Source: Nitrososphaeraceae archaeon
Lineage (GTDB): Archaea; Thermoproteota; Nitrososphaeria; Nitrososphaerales; Nitrososphaeraceae
Reading direction: 5' to 3'
Length of the DNA stretch: 52,615 bases
NCBI GenBank assembly: GCA_022545895.1
Contig: JAKEIK010000176.1
Location: 1-52,615 of the forward strand
Below the pieces are notes generated by a model. The model was not told where the DNA came from. It did no database searches and saw only the letters and a list, made by a program, of their open reading frames with translations. The first letter of the stretch is position 1. Each line of letters opens with the position of its first letter. A program made the translations under genes and the position numbers. Shown here piece by piece: positions 32,131-41,329 of the stretch.

Positions 32131-32670
32131 CTAATAACCTCCAGAATCCAAAAGGGAAGCCAAGAAGAGTACTGATATCGAAAGTATGACGGTTATTCTA
32201 CCCAGAATCATTATTCTTGATCTTACTGTACTAATTTGTCCTTTATCCATTTGCCGCATGCTTAATTTTCGTTCTGTATCCTTGTTGATTGTCTTGACAT
32301 GAAAAACATATGCGATTGTTATTGCCACTACAAGTATTATTTTGATAAAAAGGATTATTCCATATTGAGATTGCCATAAACTTTCTGGATTTACCCAGAA
32401 TGACCTTGCATTGTAAATTCCGGTACCAACTAGTATCATGAAAGAAGGAATTGCTAAATTATTGAACCTTCTGCCAAACTTGATCATCAAAAGCAATCGT
32501 TCTTCTGTATTAGACGTTACATTCTTAAGAGCGGGAGCCAAGACAATGCCAATAAAAATTGAGCCTCCTACCCAAATTGATGAACAAATAATATGCACCC
32601 AAGTCGCTAAGGCCCCTTCAAGAGACATATCATTAAACCAGTAAATTGGTTGCCATATTATATGTTCCAA
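32131..32670 (-). CDS. CopD/DUF4149-like membrane protein
   Basis: WVHII.SSIWVGG.IF...RF...TGIYN...YG.IL.IKI.LV; four TM segments. Confidence 0.85.
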   Translation of the reverse strand: MEHIIWQPIYWFNDMSLEGALATWVHIICSSIWVGGSIFIGIVLAPALKNVTSNTEERLLLMIKFGRRFNNLAIPSFMILVGTGIYNARSFWVNPESLWQSQYGIILFIKIILVVAITIAYVFHVKTINKDTERKLSMRQMDKGQISTVRSRIMILGRITVILSISVLFLASLLDSGGY

Positions 32671-32790
32671 TTTTTACAATTTCAGACCTTCTCAATTAAT
32701 AGCCGAAGTAGACTATTTTTGTGGGTGGACCGAGACAGAGTTTGCCGCTCGTAGACTAGGAATATATTTGAGACACTCAATCTCACGTAC

Positions 32791-33306
32791 ATGTTTTTGA
32801 GCGCAAGACGAATTGTCTTGTTCGGTGTAATTGCAGCAATAGTGGCTGTTATTGTCTTACTTCCAGCGATCCTTGTTACTCTGTCTGGACAAGGTATAAC
32901 GGACATTAAAATATCGCTAAACAGAGTTGAAGGGATGAGCCTAAATGACGCAAACAAAACAATTTCATTGAAAGTAGTCTTCGCATTCTTTAACCCTACT
33001 GACAGAGCGCTGACTACCTCAAGAATTGATTACAATTTGACTGGCAATGATATTTTATTGGGTACAAGCACTTTATCATACGACGATGTCCCCCTAAATG
33101 GACGTCCACAACTATACCCTGGAAAGACCATTTTGCTCCAATCAACTTTTGTTTTTACGCCTACTGCAAAGACTTCATTTCTATTTGAAAAATTAGGCAA
33201 GGACCCAACTATAGCACATTCAATGACTTGGTCCGTGAAAGGAGAAGCACAAATCGATTCGGCCTTTACAACTTTGCCTAAAGTATTCGAAAGCAGTTTA
33301 CCCTGA
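32791..33306 (+). CDS. membrane-anchored LEA-2/WHy-like protein
   Basis: N-terminal TM; VVFAFFNPT...IDYNL.GN...W.VKG pattern. Confidence 0.7.
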   Translation: MFLSARRIVLFGVIAAIVAVIVLLPAILVTLSGQGITDIKISLNRVEGMSLNDANKTISLKVVFAFFNPTDRALTTSRIDYNLTGNDILLGTSTLSYDDVPLNGRPQLYPGKTILLQSTFVFTPTAKTSFLFEKLGKDPTIAHSMTWSVKGEAQIDSAFTTLPKVFESSLP

Positions 33307-33322
33307 CAATTACAACAAACTT

Positions 33323-33829
33323 TTATCCCGACGGGGATATCTCTAGATCGCCATTCAGCCTCTTGCCACCTTCATTTGCCACTGTTTTGTCAAAGCTTGC
33401 AATTACCCATTCCTCGATCCAACTGCACCTAGACGGACTGTATTGTGTCATTTCATCTTCAGAAGAGCAGGAGTGCTGATAAGAACAACTGAAGCACGGT
33501 GCACCCTCTACAGAAGTGATCTGAACAACCCTTTTCTTATGACCGTCAACCATTGGAGATTTCTTTACAATGAGTTTGTAGGTCCATCTTCCTTTGTGAA
33601 GTACCTTCTCCCTGGATATCAATGACTGTTTTTCTAGGTTGCCCGCCAGCCTAGAACCGTCCCTACTATCTAATGAAAATTCTCTGCAGATTTCAGTCTG
33701 AAAAACACCTTCCTTGCCACTCTTAAGAATGGCTGCAAGCACATGATCAAACAGCTCATGTTTATTTCGTGTTAAGGATCTAGAATTAGCTACATCAGGC
33801 ATAAAAGATAATGACTTTAACCAAACCAT
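33323..33829 (-). CDS. transcription factor TFE-beta / archaeal RPC34 orthologue (winged helix + 4Fe-4S domain)
   Basis: wHTH (GVFQTEI...LDSRDGSR...LEK..LI.REK...GRWTYKL) plus PCFSC..Q..C...SPSRC.WI.EW cluster motif. Confidence 0.8.
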   Translation of the reverse strand: MVWLKSLSFMPDVANSRSLTRNKHELFDHVLAAILKSGKEGVFQTEICREFSLDSRDGSRLAGNLEKQSLISREKVLHKGRWTYKLIVKKSPMVDGHKKRVVQITSVEGAPCFSCSYQHSCSSEDEMTQYSPSRCSWIEEWVIASFDKTVANEGGKRLNGDLEISPSG

Positions 33830-33889
33830 GATATAAAAATCTTGATATTTTCTAAACTTGTAAATTGCAAATATCTAATACAAAAAACA

Positions 33890-34027
33890 TGCGGTCACCG
33901 GGATTTGAATTCCCGCCCCACATTCATATTAAAGGTGGGGTCCCGGGTTGCGGGCTTTCTTCACCTGCATCGACGAATATGCAGTATTTGGAAGGCCAGT
34001 GTCCTAACCAAACTAGACGATGACCGC
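33890..34027 (-). tRNA. tRNA-Gly(TCC) with two 32-nt introns (37/38 at 33957-33988; 53/54 at 33910-33941)
   Basis: Acceptor GCGGTCA/TGACCGC; BHB central helices CTTC/GAAG and CCCG/CGGG; removing both introns gives a 74-nt cloverleaf with loop CT-TCC-AA and T-arm CCGGG-TTCAAAT-CCCGG. Confidence 0.92.
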
Positions 34028-34086
34028 GTATCAATTATTCGGCTAGCATGAGGATATTAAACCTTAGGATTAATTATACAATCTGT

Positions 34087-34677
34087 TTAACTCTCTTTTT
34101 TATCAGGGAAGATATGATTTAGTAACAAATCTAGCGCCTTATTTTTTGCTTTATCCTTGTAAAATTCGATTCCTTTTTTGGGTGTCTCCCTTTGTTTCTC
34201 TGCAACTATTTCCTTCATAGGTCTGTGGTCCAATGCGCCTTCAAAATGTGTTTGGTATCCTTTGAACTTTGTCTCAATGGCATCATAAATTTCTCTATAC
34301 CAATGCGAGGCTATCACATAGACAGTTGGCGGATTGGCTCTTTCTTTTATACTCTTTAAAGCAAACTCAAGGGCATCAGCTAATGTAGATTTGTCTGAAA
34401 CAATCGTAATCTTTGATTCGTCGATGTAGTTACTGTTGCATAACGATTGTTTTATTTTGTTTCCCAGACTTGCATCTGAAGAAACAAGAAGTATCTCAGT
34501 TTTGAGCCTATCTGGCTTTGACTTCAAAATTCTCAAGTAAACGTTTGTACAGGTTTTTAGTCTTTCATTTAGATATTCGGGTATCCCATCAGTCTTTTTA
34601 TTATCGGACTTAAAGTTAGCATATAGCACTATTAAGTTTCCTTCAGAAAATCTTGATTGGGGCAATTTATTAATCAA
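34087..34677 (-). CDS. hypothetical protein
   Basis: 196-aa ORF with alpha/beta-like pattern; no family recognised. Confidence 0.7.
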   Translation of the reverse strand: MINKLPQSRFSEGNLIVLYANFKSDNKKTDGIPEYLNERLKTCTNVYLRILKSKPDRLKTEILLVSSDASLGNKIKQSLCNSNYIDESKITIVSDKSTLADALEFALKSIKERANPPTVYVIASHWYREIYDAIETKFKGYQTHFEGALDHRPMKEIVAEKQRETPKKGIEFYKDKAKNKALDLLLNHIFPDKKES

Positions 34678-34765
34678 TCCATCTAATTTAATCGATCAAA
34701 AAGAAATACGGTTGTATTAAATTTGCGGTAATATAATACGGTAATTTCTAATGACAAATTGTGAG

Positions 34766-35101
34766 CTACCATCGAGTGACCCTCTTGGGAGATATTAACT
34801 GTCGTTCAAGATCGTCAAGTCTTTGTACTGCTTCATGAATTTGCCTGATTTCATAATAGGAATCGTCATGTCTTATCTTCTGCAAAACTGCGATGACCTC
34901 TTCTACAGTAACTCCATGCTTCATATCATATTCTATTTGTTTGGAACAACTCGCGACGTTACTATACTTTTTAAAATTTCTTTTCTCAAAGGAAGAGGCT
35001 TCGTCAGAAAGGCCCTTAATATAGCGAAGAATAACCTTTTCAACGTGTTCAAGATGCCAGTCTCTCATTGCAAAGTTGTTGGGCTTCATCTTTGCTATCA
35101 C
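34766..35101 (-). CDS. hypothetical protein
   Basis: 111-aa helical ORF; TATA-like TTAAATA upstream. Confidence 0.75.
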   Translation of the reverse strand: MIAKMKPNNFAMRDWHLEHVEKVILRYIKGLSDEASSFEKRNFKKYSNVASCSKQIEYDMKHGVTVEEVIAVLQKIRHDDSYYEIRQIHEAVQRLDDLERQLISPKRVTRW

Positions 35102-35470
35102 TGCTTATATTACCGAAAATGATATTTAAGCCATTAGACACAGGTTATCAAACACGTATTGGATATCCATATTCCGACTACTATTCTAATCTCTGAGACC
35201 CAGTAAGAATTGAAATCACAAATTACAGACTTATTATTGGTAGGATACTACATGTAGAATAGCAGTCTATCTTGGATCTAGAATCATATTACGTAAAATT
35301 ACATTAGCTTGGTCTGCCAAAACCAAATAATCCCAGCTTTAGTATAACTTGAGCTTAAACAAAACTACATAATCGCTCCTAATGCAACAATAAGAATTTG
35401 ATCACGGTTCAGAGGAAGTAGGATTTAAGGCTAACCAGGGTTCAGTATTATAAACTACTAAACCGCAAAA

Positions 35471-36826
35471 TCACAGGTAATAACTTAACTTAGTTTTTTC
35501 CAGTCCTGGGATTCTAGCAATTTCAAATCTATCTTTCTCCTTGAATTTGCTGACTGTTGCGTCTATTCCAAGCTTTGTCGTTAGCAAGTTTTCTTGATCA
35601 CTTGAAGGATCGAGACTTGAACCTTTAGCATTGCGCACGATTATCAAATCTCTATCAGCTTGACATCTACTCGCTATTGCATATTCTACCTGAATAGGAT
35701 CTTTTGGATCAATGTCATCATCGACCACGATAGCCATCTTGAGCGATGGGTGTGCAGCAAATGCCGCTAAAATAGCATTCTTTGGCTCTCCTTCAAGTCT
35801 TTTCTTGATCTGGATGACTGCGTGGAGCCAATTGCATCCGCCATCTGTTAAATGTACATTCTCCGTGGTAGGAACAACGTTTTTTACCGCATGATGGATT
35901 CTGGATTCGATAGGAATGCCCATGAGTAAGCGATGTTCACCGTAACCAGGAAGGATATCGTGGTAAATGCATTGGTCACGATAATATATCCTGTCTAGTT
36001 GGAAAACCGGTTGAATGCGCTTCATGTCGTACGTCCTGAGCATCTCAACCATGCTTTCGGACTTTGCTTGATCTAGAAGTATTCGTCCTTCCATGAGGAT
36101 TTCCGACCGACTTGGGACCTGCAGACCTGAGAGGGGAGCCTTAGTAACTAAGAGTCGCCCACCCATCAGAGCATTAGCAATTCCCAACTCATCTTCGCCA
36201 TAAGATGCTTGGTAGGCAGATGCTATGGATATGGCCGGATGAGCACCGATAATTATCGAAACACGTAGGTCTTCTCCATGTTCTTTTGCGTAGGAATAAC
36301 ATTTGTGAAGATGTCGTCCTTCAACCATTCTGATCACCATAAAAGTATCGTTTAACCTCAACAATCTATGAGTGGATAAATTCTGAGATTCTGTTTCTTG
36401 GTTCTGAACAAAGACCAAAGAGGACGTTATATACGGACCAAAATCCTTTTCAAAATGGGTAACAATAGGCAAATCAAAGAGATTCCTGGCCTTCTTTTTC
36501 CAAATGACATCGTGAGAGAATTTTGGTGTAATTGGCCTCGAAACAGCTACATTTATCCTTTCATCTATATGGTCTTCGCTTCGGGCACCAATTGCAAGGG
36601 CAATTCTTTTGCGAGTCCCCAAAATATTTGCAGTCACCCTTAGTTTGTTGTTCTTTATTGATTCAAACAGCACTGCTTTCCCCTTGTCCAGCCTACTAAC
36701 TATTGCTGCAATTTCATACTTCGGACTTACTGTTTTCTTAATAGTGACAATTTCTTTAGAACGGTGTAATAAATTTAGGAATTCTTCTAATCCTGAGAAC
36801 TCATTGCTTCGTTTGTTTCTAGTCAT
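35471..36826 (-). CDS. UbiD family prFMN-dependent decarboxylase (possibly anhydromevalonate phosphate decarboxylase)
   Basis: DLPIVTHFEKD.GPYITS, GAHPA, EILMEG, E-x4-E (ESMVEM), VVDDDID, GSSLDPS, KLGIDAT. Confidence 0.92.
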   Translation of the reverse strand: MTRNKRSNEFSGLEEFLNLLHRSKEIVTIKKTVSPKYEIAAIVSRLDKGKAVLFESIKNNKLRVTANILGTRKRIALAIGARSEDHIDERINVAVSRPITPKFSHDVIWKKKARNLFDLPIVTHFEKDFGPYITSSLVFVQNQETESQNLSTHRLLRLNDTFMVIRMVEGRHLHKCYSYAKEHGEDLRVSIIIGAHPAISIASAYQASYGEDELGIANALMGGRLLVTKAPLSGLQVPSRSEILMEGRILLDQAKSESMVEMLRTYDMKRIQPVFQLDRIYYRDQCIYHDILPGYGEHRLLMGIPIESRIHHAVKNVVPTTENVHLTDGGCNWLHAVIQIKKRLEGEPKNAILAAFAAHPSLKMAIVVDDDIDPKDPIQVEYAIASRCQADRDLIIVRNAKGSSLDPSSDQENLLTTKLGIDATVSKFKEKDRFEIARIPGLEKTKLSYYL

Positions 36827-36845
36827 TTTATCTTTTAGGTTAGTT

Positions 36846-37196
36846 TCATCCCTTAATGAATTTGAGAATCTCAGCTGTAATGTCTTCCATATCTGAATTA
36901 TTGAGCTGATTCTTGGAACTGAAATTCACTATGGCGAGTCCGTTTATCATCGAGGCCACTCGTTCAGAAACAGCATTTAGGAACAACGAATCGGTAATAC
37001 TGGGTATGACTTTGGCAGTACGGACATTGTTGGCGATCGCTGTCGACACATATAAGCTTCCAAGTCTGTGCAAATCTTCAGATATCGATAAAACACAACC
37101 GTTTTGGAAATCTAGATATTTTACTAAAAAAACCCTGCCGGTTCTAGAATTTACTACAGTTTCTTCGCAATTATGGGTAACTGCTGTGTCAGTCAT
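36846..37196 (-). CDS. hypothetical protein
   Basis: 116-aa ORF between co-oriented genes with 15-19 bp spacers. Confidence 0.75.
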   Translation of the reverse strand: MTDTAVTHNCEETVVNSRTGRVFLVKYLDFQNGCVLSISEDLHRLGSLYVSTAIANNVRTAKVIPSITDSLFLNAVSERVASMINGLAIVNFSSKNQLNNSDMEDITAEILKFIKG

Positions 37197-37211
37197 TAGA
37201 ATCTGTGATTT

Positions 37212-37454
37212 TTAATGTACTGCCATTGAAGTGATCATCTTCAAGGGCTGTTGATCTTTTCGTGCTCGCAGCTTGGCCTTATATTTCAAATTCCTTGGCT
37301 TCGTTCTGAGACGATATCCGCAACAAGGACACCACAGACCGTCCCATTTTATAAATATCTCGCATATCTGACATCTCTTTTGACCACTAGCGTATCTTCC
37401 ATGCCCCACTGGCTTTTGTGCTTTATGCCGAGTGCATATTCCCTTACAACTCAT
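37212..37454 (-). CDS. small Cys-rich basic zinc-ribbon protein (paralogue of 3333..3587)
   Basis: CKGIC...CQIC...CPCCGYRLRTKPR; first gene of an apparent operon with ubiD. Confidence 0.85.
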   Translation of the reverse strand: MSCKGICTRHKAQKPVGHGRYASGQKRCQICEIFIKWDGLWCPCCGYRLRTKPRNLKYKAKLRARKDQQPLKMITSMAVH

Positions 37455-37703
37455 CTCAGAAATCTATATCCTCTATAATATATTATCATGTTTATTATTT
37501 AAGGATATTGCAAAAATTCTATCTTTGACAGGTTAGTTATGTCAATATTGGATATAACGTTGCAATATTGTTATTTGCCAGTCTGGATTCTATTTTTCTC
37601 GGTCACCTGAATGATGAATATTAATATCTTGATTCGTAAGTCAAGACACGTATCTATCATGACTGTGAACAATAATTATTCTAATCTTAAATGGGGAAAT
37701 TGA

Positions 37704-38402
37704 TTATAAGGTATAACCTTTTTTCATTGCGATACTCTTTGCAGAGGACTCGTCTCTAATTCCTCTTCTATTGGAGCTACTCTTCCGCGACGTACCAAAC
37801 TCGTCCACTATTTCAACTCTAACATTGTTTCGGAATCGGGTCTTAATCTCAGAGGCAATACAATGGGCCATTGAAGTGTGCCCATCTCCTATTCTAACAA
37901 TTTTTTCCTTAGCATGTATCTCTTTTAACAAAATTGTTATTAGTTTGATGGCATCACGAGTTGAACTTTGCACGGTCCGTTCAAGCTCATCATGAAGATA
38001 TAATATGTAAATACCAATTCTATGGCCAGGGTCGACTCCTATTATGAGTATATCATCATGAAACTTACCAATCATGTTTTTCAAGATTCTTGCCTTAAAC
38101 ACAATGGGGTACGTGCTAATCTCTGAATAAACAATCACACTCTCCTTTTTTATTATGGGCGCTTCACTCTCAGTCGTAATTATTACTTTTGCATCTGATA
38201 ATGATGCTTCCTCAGGCAGCATTGAGATAAAATTGAGTCCAAAACTCTTTAACATAGTTACAATCTTGTAGTAATCTCTTCCGCTTACAGTTGCTACTAT
38301 TACCTTCTTAGGAAAAGTAAGAATACTCAGGGGAATTCCATCATGGTCGCGTATCCCAAGATCCTTATTAAATTTTCCTGATCCTCTGAGTATAAAAATC
38401 AA
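37704..38402 (-). CDS. RNase H-fold (YqgF/RuvC-like) nuclease-domain protein
   Basis: IIGVDPG..IG, VRIGDG, VDEFGTS, D..SA..IA motifs. Confidence 0.75.
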   Translation of the reverse strand: MIFILRGSGKFNKDLGIRDHDGIPLSILTFPKKVIVATVSGRDYYKIVTMLKSFGLNFISMLPEEASLSDAKVIITTESEAPIIKKESVIVYSEISTYPIVFKARILKNMIGKFHDDILIIGVDPGHRIGIYILYLHDELERTVQSSTRDAIKLITILLKEIHAKEKIVRIGDGHTSMAHCIASEIKTRFRNNVRVEIVDEFGTSRKSSSNRRGIRDESSAKSIAMKKGYTL

Positions 38403-38559
38403 TTTCTATTTGCAAGAAAATAATTGCTAGTGAAACGACCCAATTTTAACACAGTCGTTTAAAGCTCCCTGCTCTTAGCTGAGTGGGATTCGATATCGAA
38501 TAAAGCGAGGTTATTGGAACCGAAGTAACAAGTATAACGGATAGTGCTATTACTTTGGG

Positions 38560-38944
38560 ATGAGGCAAAATAAAGGGAAGAGTACTTGTAGTTGACGATG
38601 AAATTGATACTGCACGAACTTTAGGATGCATACTGGAAACGTCTGGGTTCGAAGTTGACATATTAACGGATCTCAGTGCAGCATTGGGAGGTTTCAAGAC
38701 CGGATATTACGACCTTTCCGTAATTGATGTTAAATGTCCGATATGTATGGTTTCGAATTATACTCCAAAATTAAGTCGAAAAATAATAAAATTAAGGTTC
38801 TTTTTCTCATTGCTTTAAGGGATTTGCATAATTATGACAATTTCAAAAACTGATGTCTCGCCAAAACTGAATCAAAGACACTTCATTCAAAAATCGGTAA
38901 ATGATGCCGACTTTCTAGACGATGTATATTGTATCTTATATTAA
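38560..38944 (+). pseudogene. frameshifted response-regulator receiver pseudogene
   Basis: Three pieces separated by frameshifts: RVLVVDDE...YDLSVIDVK / MSDMYGFELYSKIK...KVLFLIA / ...HFIQKSV; nearest ATG is out of frame with the first piece. Confidence 0.85.
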
Positions 38945-39265
38945 ATAACATCTTAATTCATTGCTATAGTTGCTTTTAGAAATTTATTTTAGTTTCTTTG
39001 CTGGAGCGACCAAGAGATAGTTGATTATCTTCGACAAGAAAAGAAGATAAACATAGGTAGAAGCACGGTGACCAACCTGCATTACATAGCTCGTTATAAT
39101 CTGGCAATAATTATGTTGAAACTATGGGTGCTAACTGCCCTATTTACGATGACTGGCTGGGCGTGAGATTTCTTGTAAGAAATAATGAACCAGAATTTCG
39201 TTGTTTCACTTGTGGTCATACGGAGTTTTATCGCTATGATAGATTTTAAAATGTTACTTTTTGCG

Positions 39266-39592
39266 TTATGCTTTGCCTGCAAAGACTGATTTTAGTACAA
39301 TTTCAACGCACTTGTTAAACGACGACTCAATGTTAGTTCTGACTTTAGTCAAGTTTTGATCAGCTTCTTCCAAAATTTTAGCAGATTCCTTCTCAGCTTC
39401 TTCTTTTGAGATATTCATTATTTTTCCCGCTTCTTCTTTGGCGATTTCAATTACTCTCTCTCGAATGTTGGAGATTTCCTGTTCAGAGTGAACCATGAGA
39501 CTCTTCTTCATTTCGTCCACTTTTGATGAAAGACTATCAATGTCAGACTCAAGCTCTGAAAGAGCACTTACTATACTCTCCACCGATGACAT
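39266..39592 (-). CDS. coiled-coil protein, probably A/V-type ATPase peripheral-stalk subunit H/G-like
   Basis: Repetitive AKEEA.KI...KEEAEKE..KILEEA helix; lies outside an ATPase operon, so function is uncertain. Confidence 0.5.
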   Translation of the reverse strand: MSSVESIVSALSELESDIDSLSSKVDEMKKSLMVHSEQEISNIRERVIEIAKEEAGKIMNISKEEAEKESAKILEEADQNLTKVRTNIESSFNKCVEIVLKSVFAGKA

Positions 39593-39876
39593 TTATCCCA
39601 TTTGAATGAATTATTCAAAGTATATATTAATTGATTGGTTCTCCAAATGAAATCTAGAAAAATGATGTTCGTACACCTAGTGAATCAAAAAAGTGCAGAA
39701 AGCGGTATTTTCTCGTCTACTTATGCCTTGTAGTCTAATTTTAGACAGGTTCCGATCGAGCAACAGCGAAATAATTAATTATATCTTTAGCAACTTATGC
39801 AACTCGTCGATCAGCAACTTTGAGTTTGTAACATATGGAATAACCTTCAGATAAGTTCTGTGCTCATGTGTGATGA

Positions 39877-40215
39877 TTATGTCGTGAGGCCTAATATCGC
39901 CTGAGCTATGTCTCCCTTGGACTCTGTCAAAGCAATTAATGCCTTCTCTTTAGATACTGAGGCCTGTTGCATAACTAGTATGACATCTTCTTCTTTGATC
40001 GATGGCGTTTCCCTCTGAGATTCTTCTATACTCGTTGCAACTATCTGAAAAATTGTACTATCTTTTCCCTTCATTTCGATAACCTGAGGTTTAGATAGGT
40101 AGAACTCTTTATTTTCAGTTCTAATTATTACTTCTTCTACATTCCCCAAATCCTTCATTTCAAGCCCCATTGTGTCCAACATGCGCCTCATGTCACGGTT
40201 GCCTGATCGCATCAT
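39877..40215 (-). CDS. nac: nascent polypeptide-associated complex protein
   Basis: MRRML..MGL...VEEVII...PQV...FQI plus UBA-like EEDV.LVMQQA.VS.EKA..AL....GDIAQAI. Confidence 0.95.
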   Translation of the reverse strand: MMRSGNRDMRRMLDTMGLEMKDLGNVEEVIIRTENKEFYLSKPQVIEMKGKDSTIFQIVATSIEESQRETPSIKEEDVILVMQQASVSKEKALIALTESKGDIAQAILGLTT

Positions 40216-40221
40216 TTCAAC

Positions 40222-40701
40222 TCATTCATTAATAGCTCTACTTTTTAATCCTTTTCTGATCTTAATGGCAATACCTCTCTTGACGTTCGACTTAAAGCAG
40301 AGAGAATAAATCAATGATTTTCCTACTGCCAGTATTTTTCCATCATTATCTATTACCACGCACTCTGAGCCGACCTTGATGTTGGATCCTATCCATAGAA
40401 TATGTTTACAAAATAATGATTTTCCTTCTCTAATAAACGGGATCGCTTCTTGTATTGGAATGACGCAGTTTTCCCGAAAATCCATGGTTTTAAAAAGAGC
40501 TTGCGCTCCTTCGATAGTTAAGGCAATGCCACCGTCAGACCTGAGTGTACCAAAGCTTAAGTCTTTTGAACCAAAACTTTTGATTCTCCCTGTTTTTTTT
40601 GAATAAATGAAGTGAAGCTCAGTCAATATGTCAGATGACTTAATATTGAATAACAAATCCAGATGATGAATTACAATATCTCTTCCGAACGAATCAGCCA
40701 A
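40222..40701 (-). CDS. PUA domain-containing protein (archaeal TGT C-terminal-like)
   Basis: SKKTGRI...TLR.DG...LT..GA; PFI.EGKSLFCKH...LAVGK...GIAIKIRKG. Confidence 0.85.
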   Translation of the reverse strand: MADSFGRDIVIHHLDLLFNIKSSDILTELHFIYSKKTGRIKSFGSKDLSFGTLRSDGGIALTIEGAQALFKTMDFRENCVIPIQEAIPFIREGKSLFCKHILWIGSNIKVGSECVVIDNDGKILAVGKSLIYSLCFKSNVKRGIAIKIRKGLKSRAINE

Positions 40702-40919
40702 TCTTATAGCTGGTGAAGTTCCGGTGTTTTAAATATGTCGAAAGTAACTAATGTGAATATACCTTTTACCAGCAATTCTCCAGGCATAGACGCATTTCAC
40801 TAGTTTATTATGTACTCTTGTGATGGCTTATGCGTTGAGTTTCCAAACAATCGTTGTTCTTCTACCATATTTAATAACTCACGTAGCCTTTAGGAACAAA
40901 CAATTGATTATTATGATTA

Positions 40920-41310
40920 AATTTTTACCCAGAAATTTCTCTCCAAATAGGCATCTTACATACTAAGAGACCATTCTCTTTCACCTGATTAGCTTGGTAA
41001 ATTTCCTTTCCCATAATTATCGAACATTTTCCCAAAACTAATTTTCTCGACTTCGAATCGCTGTACATCACAAGGTAGTATCTCCTTTATGGATGAGTGC
41101 AGTATAATTAATAACGGAGATAAGATGATTGACACCATTCCACTTTGAGGTATCATTTGTAGTGATGAATACCTCATCAGTATATTTTGAAGAGAAAAAT
41201 AATAATGTGGGCCTATTTTCTTTAGCCCTTTTAATCCATACACACTATCGAAGAAGATCTGATTTGAAGCTAAATCGTGAATTGGTATTGTCAAATGATG
41301 GTTGTAGAGT
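40920..41310 (-). pseudogene. possible decayed VOC/glyoxalase-family gene
   Basis: NHHLTIPIHDL....FFDSVYGLK resembles the VOC N-terminal motif; NGVNHL in a shifted frame; internal stops near the 3' end; boundaries approximate. Confidence 0.35.
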
Positions 41311-41329
41311 ACATCGAATTGACGTTTAA

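Noticed and set aside
29249-32131. CRISPR-Cas locus around the Cas4-like gene
   Set aside because: No repeat-spacer array or other cas genes seen here or elsewhere in the window
33842-34051. 69-aa ORF over tRNA-Gly (likewise 42680..42916 over tRNA-iMet)
   Set aside because: Both overlap well-formed tRNA genes and have no protein motifs
38446-38697. 83-aa minus-strand ORF
   Set aside because: Antisense shadow of the receiver pseudogene
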